64,000 nucleotides of DNA from a virus: the IMG/VR virus record IMGVR_UViG_3300050505_000370. One strand, given 5' to 3'. A model generated the notes under the pieces. That model was not told the DNA's origin. It did no database searches and saw nothing but the letters and a program-made list of their open reading frames with translations. Numbering within the stretch: the first letter of the stretch is position 1; each line of letters starts with the position of its first letter. Positions 60,848 through 64,000 of this stretch are shown here, piece after piece. A program made the translations under genes and the position numbers.

Positions 60848-60987
60848 GTCTCTTTCTCCTTTACTTCCAACTGGTTAGCAACCTTAGCCTCCGAAATAAG
60901 GAGGCTTTTGACTACCTTGAGATGCTCGATGAGAGCTAAGTTATAGGATTCACTAGGGTTTCCCTTTACATCTGTGCAGCCTGTCAT
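60706..60987 (-). CDS. hypothetical protein (93 aa); 142-nt out-of-frame overlap with the downstream gene
   Basis: AAAGGAGAA upstream of ATG 60987. Confidence 0.35.
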   Translation of the reverse strand: MTGCTDVKGNPSESYNLALIEHLKVVKSLLISEAKVANQLEVKEKETCQTRITIPSIYIPTSILKERVIRGITWVLTKVEGAFQAILALLRRR

Positions 60988-61050
60988 TTCCTATTCTCCT
61001 TTGTGGTCAGGGCCTAGCTAGAAGGGGCTAGGATTGGCTCTGTGAAGGGT

Positions 61051-61659
61051 TTAGGCCTCTGTAGGAGCTATGAGGTCAGGAGCCTCCTCAAGGGCTCCTA
61101 GAGGCTCTGAGGGCTTCTCTACCTCATCAAAGGGATGTCCCTCACACGCCCCCCCAGGCAACTTACAAACCTTACAATCTTGCTGGTAGTAGGAGCCATA
61201 GACTATCTTCCTAGCCTCCTGCTCCTCCTTATCCCCTTCTAGGGCTTCCTTGGCTAGCTTTTCCTCTTTGGCTTTGCTAACCAACTTCATAAGCTTCTCC
61301 CACTCTGCCTCCTCCCCCATCTCCCCTATAACCACCCCTATCTTTCCCTTCTTTATCGCCTTCTTTAGGGCTTCTGCCCTCGCTATAGCTCCTAACTTTC
61401 CAACCATCTTTCTCACCTCACTTACCTTATACTCTCCTAAGCTTCTAAGGGTAACCCCATTGACTTGGAGGAGCTTTCCTGTGTTGATAGCATGGTAGAT
61501 GCTTTTCTCGCTTACTCCTTTTAGCTTTGCAGCAATGTCTATAGGGACTATGATTTCCCCCTCTATAAGCTCATCTAATCGGAGGATTTCCTTTGAGGTG
61601 AGCTTAGAGGCTAGGGATTTGACTAGTTTGGCATATGTAGAGTTTTGCTTGTTTAACAT
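61051..61659 (-). CDS. helix-turn-helix DNA-binding protein (excisionase/MerR-like HTH)
   Basis: IDIAAKLKGVSEKSIYHAINTGKL. No SD; AT-rich upstream region. Confidence 0.5.
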   Translation of the reverse strand: MLNKQNSTYAKLVKSLASKLTSKEILRLDELIEGEIIVPIDIAAKLKGVSEKSIYHAINTGKLLQVNGVTLRSLGEYKVSEVRKMVGKLGAIARAEALKKAIKKGKIGVVIGEMGEEAEWEKLMKLVSKAKEEKLAKEALEGDKEEQEARKIVYGSYYQQDCKVCKLPGGACEGHPFDEVEKPSEPLGALEEAPDLIAPTEA

Positions 61660-61691
61660 AATTGAATATAACCTAATTTATCTATTTTAGG

Positions 61692-61716
61692 GGAAGGGGG
61701 AATAAATCCCCCTTCC
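61692..61716. other. 9-bp hairpin GGAAGGGGG / CCCCCTTCC abutting the stop codon of ORF 61717-61920
   Basis: Loop AATAAAT; read directly. Confidence 0.6.
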
Positions 61717-61920
61717 TTAGACCTCAGCACAGAGAGCTGTTTGCCTACAATCCTCACAAGGGCCATAGGAATGGAATAAGCCATCCCATAGGACCTTAAA
61801 TCCCTCCTCAGCCCTCTTCCTAACCTCCTCTGTCTGTCTCTTAAGCCAACACTTCTTACACTCAAAAGCCACTTTCCTATCCCCCTTTCTATTCCTCTTC
61901 TTCTTCTTCCTCTCCCTCAT
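61717..61920 (-). CDS. basic zinc-ribbon protein (67 aa)
   Basis: Start at the internal ATG 61920 (GAGGAGGGGG upstream). CKKC ... CEDC. Confidence 0.45.
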   Translation of the reverse strand: MRERKKKKRNRKGDRKVAFECKKCWLKRQTEEVRKRAEEGFKVLWDGLFHSYGPCEDCRQTALCAEV

Positions 61921-62467
61921 CCCCCTCCTCAGCACTATCCACAAGGGAAGAGAGAGAAGAGTGGTGGGAGGGGTAGTTAGGGAACATAGAGTGGGAGGAG
62001 AAGGCTTTCTTAGCCTTCCACTTCTCTTCATCCTCCTTCATCTTATCCTCTAGGCTTTTCCAAGGGGGAAGGCCTAATTCCTCAAAGTTAGGCTCCTCCC
62101 CACTCTCCACCACCTTCACCACCTTTATAATCTTAAGGTCTATGATGGTAAAGGATTGACCATTGGAGAGGCTTACCTCTACACTCTCCACTAAAGAGAA
62201 AGGGGTGGTGGTTAGGAGGCAAGGGTAATACCCCCCTATTGTAGAAGCAAGGGACCCCTTATCAGGCTGCACTCCCTCTAGTATCTTAGCAGAAGTTACC
62301 CCCTTTAGCTTCTCCATCCCTATCAGCCTAGCAAATCCATAGACCCTATTGATTGGGAAGGGGTAGGGGATTTGGAGGTTAATCCCATCTTCCTTAGGCT
62401 TAAACTGAGCCACTACCCCACCCTTCTCCTTCTCTATCTTTACTTTCTCTACTTTCTCTTCACTCAT
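61889..62467 (-). CDS. hypothetical protein with poly-Glu C-terminus (192 aa)
   Basis: ORF in the array. Confidence 0.55.
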   Translation of the reverse strand: MSEEKVEKVKIEKEKGGVVAQFKPKEDGINLQIPYPFPINRVYGFARLIGMEKLKGVTSAKILEGVQPDKGSLASTIGGYYPCLLTTTPFSLVESVEVSLSNGQSFTIIDLKIIKVVKVVESGEEPNFEELGLPPWKSLEDKMKEDEEKWKAKKAFSSHSMFPNYPSHHSSLSSLVDSAEEGDEGEEEEEEE

Positions 62468-62469
62468 AG

Positions 62470-62604
62470 TTAGTCTCCTTTTACCTTATCTATCAACCTT
62501 CCAATCTCCTCAAATCTCTCCTTACTTAGGTCCTTATCAAAAGCCCTAAGCCTCATGAGGGCTACTATAATAAGGGATCTTTCCTCGACTGTGAGGGGCT
62601 TCAT
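62470..62604 (-). CDS. small ORF (44 aa), not in the ORF track
   Basis: Peptide MKPLTVEERSLIIVALMRLRAFDKDLSKERFEEIGRLIDKVKGD. Fills the gap between two genes; weak SD. Confidence 0.35.
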   Translation of the reverse strand: MKPLTVEERSLIIVALMRLRAFDKDLSKERFEEIGRLIDKVKGD

Positions 62605-62620
62605 CTCTATGCTATGTCCT

Positions 62621-62857
62621 TTAGACATCTCCCCACCTCCCTTTTACCCTCTCTAGAAGTATATCCAATTGCTCCCCATTCACCTCATAGACTTTTAGAT
62701 TCTTTGTGGGGGCTATAATCCACCCTTCAGAAGGGAACATAGATATATCTATATTTCCCCCAAGAGTAGCTTGAAGGAGGGGACATCCCACCTTCATAAG
62801 GGATATGTCAAAGGCTATCTTCCCCTTCCCTCTCCTCTTTATATCTTTGTTAGGCAT
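62621..62857 (-). CDS. hypothetical protein (78 aa)
   Basis: Overlapping array. Confidence 0.5.
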   Translation of the reverse strand: MPNKDIKRRGKGKIAFDISLMKVGCPLLQATLGGNIDISMFPSEGWIIAPTKNLKVYEVNGEQLDILLERVKGRWGDV

Positions 62858-63234
62858 TCTGGTCCTATCCCCCTTTTTATAGACTCTGGAACTGTTAGGA
62901 GCCTATTACATCTCCAACATCTCCCACTTTTAAGGGCATAAGCCTTCCCACATTCCTCCTTAGAGGAGGCTAATCTTGCTAAGGCTCGGATAATCCCATT
63001 TATCCTAATCCCTTGGTTAGAGGTAGTCCAACTTCTCCAGAAGATAATCCCTCCATCTGAAGTGATATGCCCAAAGTAGGTGTAGTCCCCCTCATTGTTA
63101 GGTCCTGAGAGATACCCCACTATCTTACATTCCTTAACGGTATTCTTAAACCCCATCTTAACCCTTATGGTCCGATGCTCCCCAGAGGGGTAGACAATGG
63201 TGTAGGTACCACAGGAGAGGTTTGATAGGTTCAT
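62839..63234 (-). CDS. DUF6011-type protein
   Basis: C-terminal GRCWRCNRLLTVPESIKRGIGPEC motif. Confidence 0.6.
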   Translation of the reverse strand: MNLSNLSCGTYTIVYPSGEHRTIRVKMGFKNTVKECKIVGYLSGPNNEGDYTYFGHITSDGGIIFWRSWTTSNQGIRINGIIRALARLASSKEECGKAYALKSGRCWRCNRLLTVPESIKRGIGPECLTKI

Positions 63235-63368
63235 AGATTCTCCTTTCTATCCTTTCTAAGCTCCCTAAATACTTCAGCTAGAACCCTAGTAACTATAACT
63301 AGAAGGGTTAGGAGGATTAATGCGATAACCCCTAAGAGAATCAAGGCAACTATCTCCACTATAGACAT
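63231..63368 (-). CDS. small single-pass membrane protein (45 aa), not in the ORF track
   Basis: GGAGGTG 7 nt upstream of ATG 63368. Peptide MSIVEIVALILLGVIALILLTLLVIVTRVLAEVFRELRKDRKENL. ATGA coupling downstream. Confidence 0.5.
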   Translation of the reverse strand: MSIVEIVALILLGVIALILLTLLVIVTRVLAEVFRELRKDRKENL

Positions 63369-63466
63369 TCTATTCACCTCCTATCCTAATAGTTTCTACC
63401 TCTAATATAGGGGTTCCCCCTATCCCTCTACTAATCCTCTTCTTATTACCCATCCAAATAACATAC

Positions 63467-63643
63467 TCATACTTCGAAGAGAAGCCCCCCTCCCCTAAAA
63501 TAAACATATTGCTTTGTTGTAGAGGGGATAATCCTCTCTAACTTCTTTCCCCCATCTGGAAGCTTCTTATAGATTAGATTAGCTACCACAATCACTTCCT
63601 TCCTTTTCTCCTGTCCCCTACTTTCTAAGGTTGTCAAAGGCAT
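63467..63643 (-). CDS. hypothetical protein (58 aa)
   Basis: Start moved to ATG 63643 (AAAGGGGA upstream). Confidence 0.45.
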   Translation of the reverse strand: MPLTTLESRGQEKRKEVIVVANLIYKKLPDGGKKLERIIPSTTKQYVYFRGGGLLFEV

Positions 63644-63726
63644 ATCATTTCCCCTTTCTATAATCCACCCACAACCCCCTCCCCACATAGAGGAGGGTTA
63701 GGAGAAGGGCAAGGACAACCCCTACC

Positions 63727-63918
63727 CTAGTCATTAAACCCCTTCACTCCACAGGCAAGGCAATAACCTAACTTCACATCATGTTTACATCTTCCTTCTC
63801 TGGTTTCTCTGGTTTCTCTGGCCCTCTTCTTCCAATCCTCCACACTCTCCCCTTCCAACCTCGCCACTCCTTGGTGGATAACATTAACCTCCCTACCCCT
63901 CTTCTCTACCTTCTCCAT
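63727..63918 (-). CDS. hypothetical protein; 5' end uncertain (frame stays open to the window edge)
   Basis: ORF with a CKHD...CLAC pattern. Contains the 9-bp tandem repeat 63796-63821. Confidence 0.45.
   Translation of the reverse strand: MEKVEKRGREVNVIHQGVARLEGESVEDWKKRARETRETREGRCKHDVKLGYCLACGVKGFND
63796..63821. repeat. Tandem 9-bp repeat TTCTCTGGT x2.9 (encodes RETRETRE on - strand)
   Basis: Read directly. Confidence 0.9.
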
Positions 63919-64000
63919 ATTCCTTAAGCTACTCTCTACTTCTTTGGGGGAAGGGCAGGGGTCAGTGAAGAGATGCCTAGAGGTGCTAGAGGCTCTCTCT

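Larger units (their letters stand above)
1..64000. mobile_element. Tailed-phage (Caudoviricetes) genome segment with podovirus-like layout; free phage versus prophage cannot be decided from this window
   Basis: Contiguous terminase, portal, scaffold, capsid, fibre-like and giant internal-protein genes on + strand. PolA, SF1B helicase, nuclease and RecA-like ATPase on - strand. No housekeeping genes and no tail tube/sheath genes recognised. Confidence 0.85.

Noticed and set aside
61653-61865. 70-aa - strand ORF between the Zn-ribbon gene and the HTH gene
   Set aside because: It is an alternative frame overlapping the better-supported 61717-61920 ORF and the hairpin at 61692-61716. It has no ribosome-binding site.
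1-64000. tRNA, rRNA and CRISPR arrays
   Set aside because: I scanned for T-loop-like GGTTCGAAT/GTTCAAATC strings. The hits at about 1704 and about 43085 lack acceptor/anticodon stems and lie in coding DNA. The only repeats found are 9-16-bp tandem or dispersed units, with no repeat-spacer architecture.
1-64000. Lysogeny module (integrase, CI/Cro pair, attachment site)
   Set aside because: I saw no tyrosine or serine recombinase motifs. The only clear HTH protein (61051-61659) has no divergent partner. Temperate versus lytic lifestyle cannot be decided from this window.

Overview
The window reads as most of a tailed-phage genome, with no cellular housekeeping genes. Two opposed gene arms meet tail-to-tail at about 42.24 kb.

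Plus arm (1.7-42.2 kb):
- about 14 small accessory ORFs
- terminase large subunit (7310-9595), portal (10751-12982), scaffold-like protein (13884-14840), major capsid (14905-16032)
- a long run of fibre-like, beta-helix and giant structural proteins (17.2-33.3 kb)
- a T7 gp14/15/16-style trio ending in a 1748-aa protein (33.3-40.8 kb)
- three small membrane/coiled-coil proteins and a stand-alone PAS protein

Minus arm (63.9-42.2 kb, plus 905-101) carries replication and recombination genes among many small Zn-ribbon ORFs:
- P-loop helicase-like protein
- PD-(D/E)xK nuclease with a Cys cluster
- RecA-like ATPase
- Pif1/RecD-like helicase
- Spo11/TopoVI-A-like protein
- J-domain protein
- UDG / 3'-5' exonuclease / family A DNA polymerase fusion

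I could not recognise a tail tube/sheath/tape-measure set, integrase, primase, canonical endolysin, tRNA, rRNA or CRISPR array. The layout is therefore podovirus-like. Codon style (AGG/AGA Arg, ATA Ile, GGG/CCC, Glu/Lys-rich proteins, purine-loaded coding strands) suggests a thermophilic bacterial host, possibly Aquificota-like. That is inference only.

Most noteworthy:
- a run of Sec-type signal peptides, plus one Tat-like signal, on fibre-like and beta-helix proteins inside the virion module
- a stand-alone FixL-like (haem-type) PAS protein
- a translationally coupled helicase / TopoVI-A-like / Zn-ribbon module
- face-to-face near-consensus promoters with a candidate small RNA upstream of the replication operon
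- a self-contained moron-like unit
- an Acb2-type candidate nucleotide sponge

All domain calls are by-eye motif recognition from memory of the families. None has been verified by a database search.
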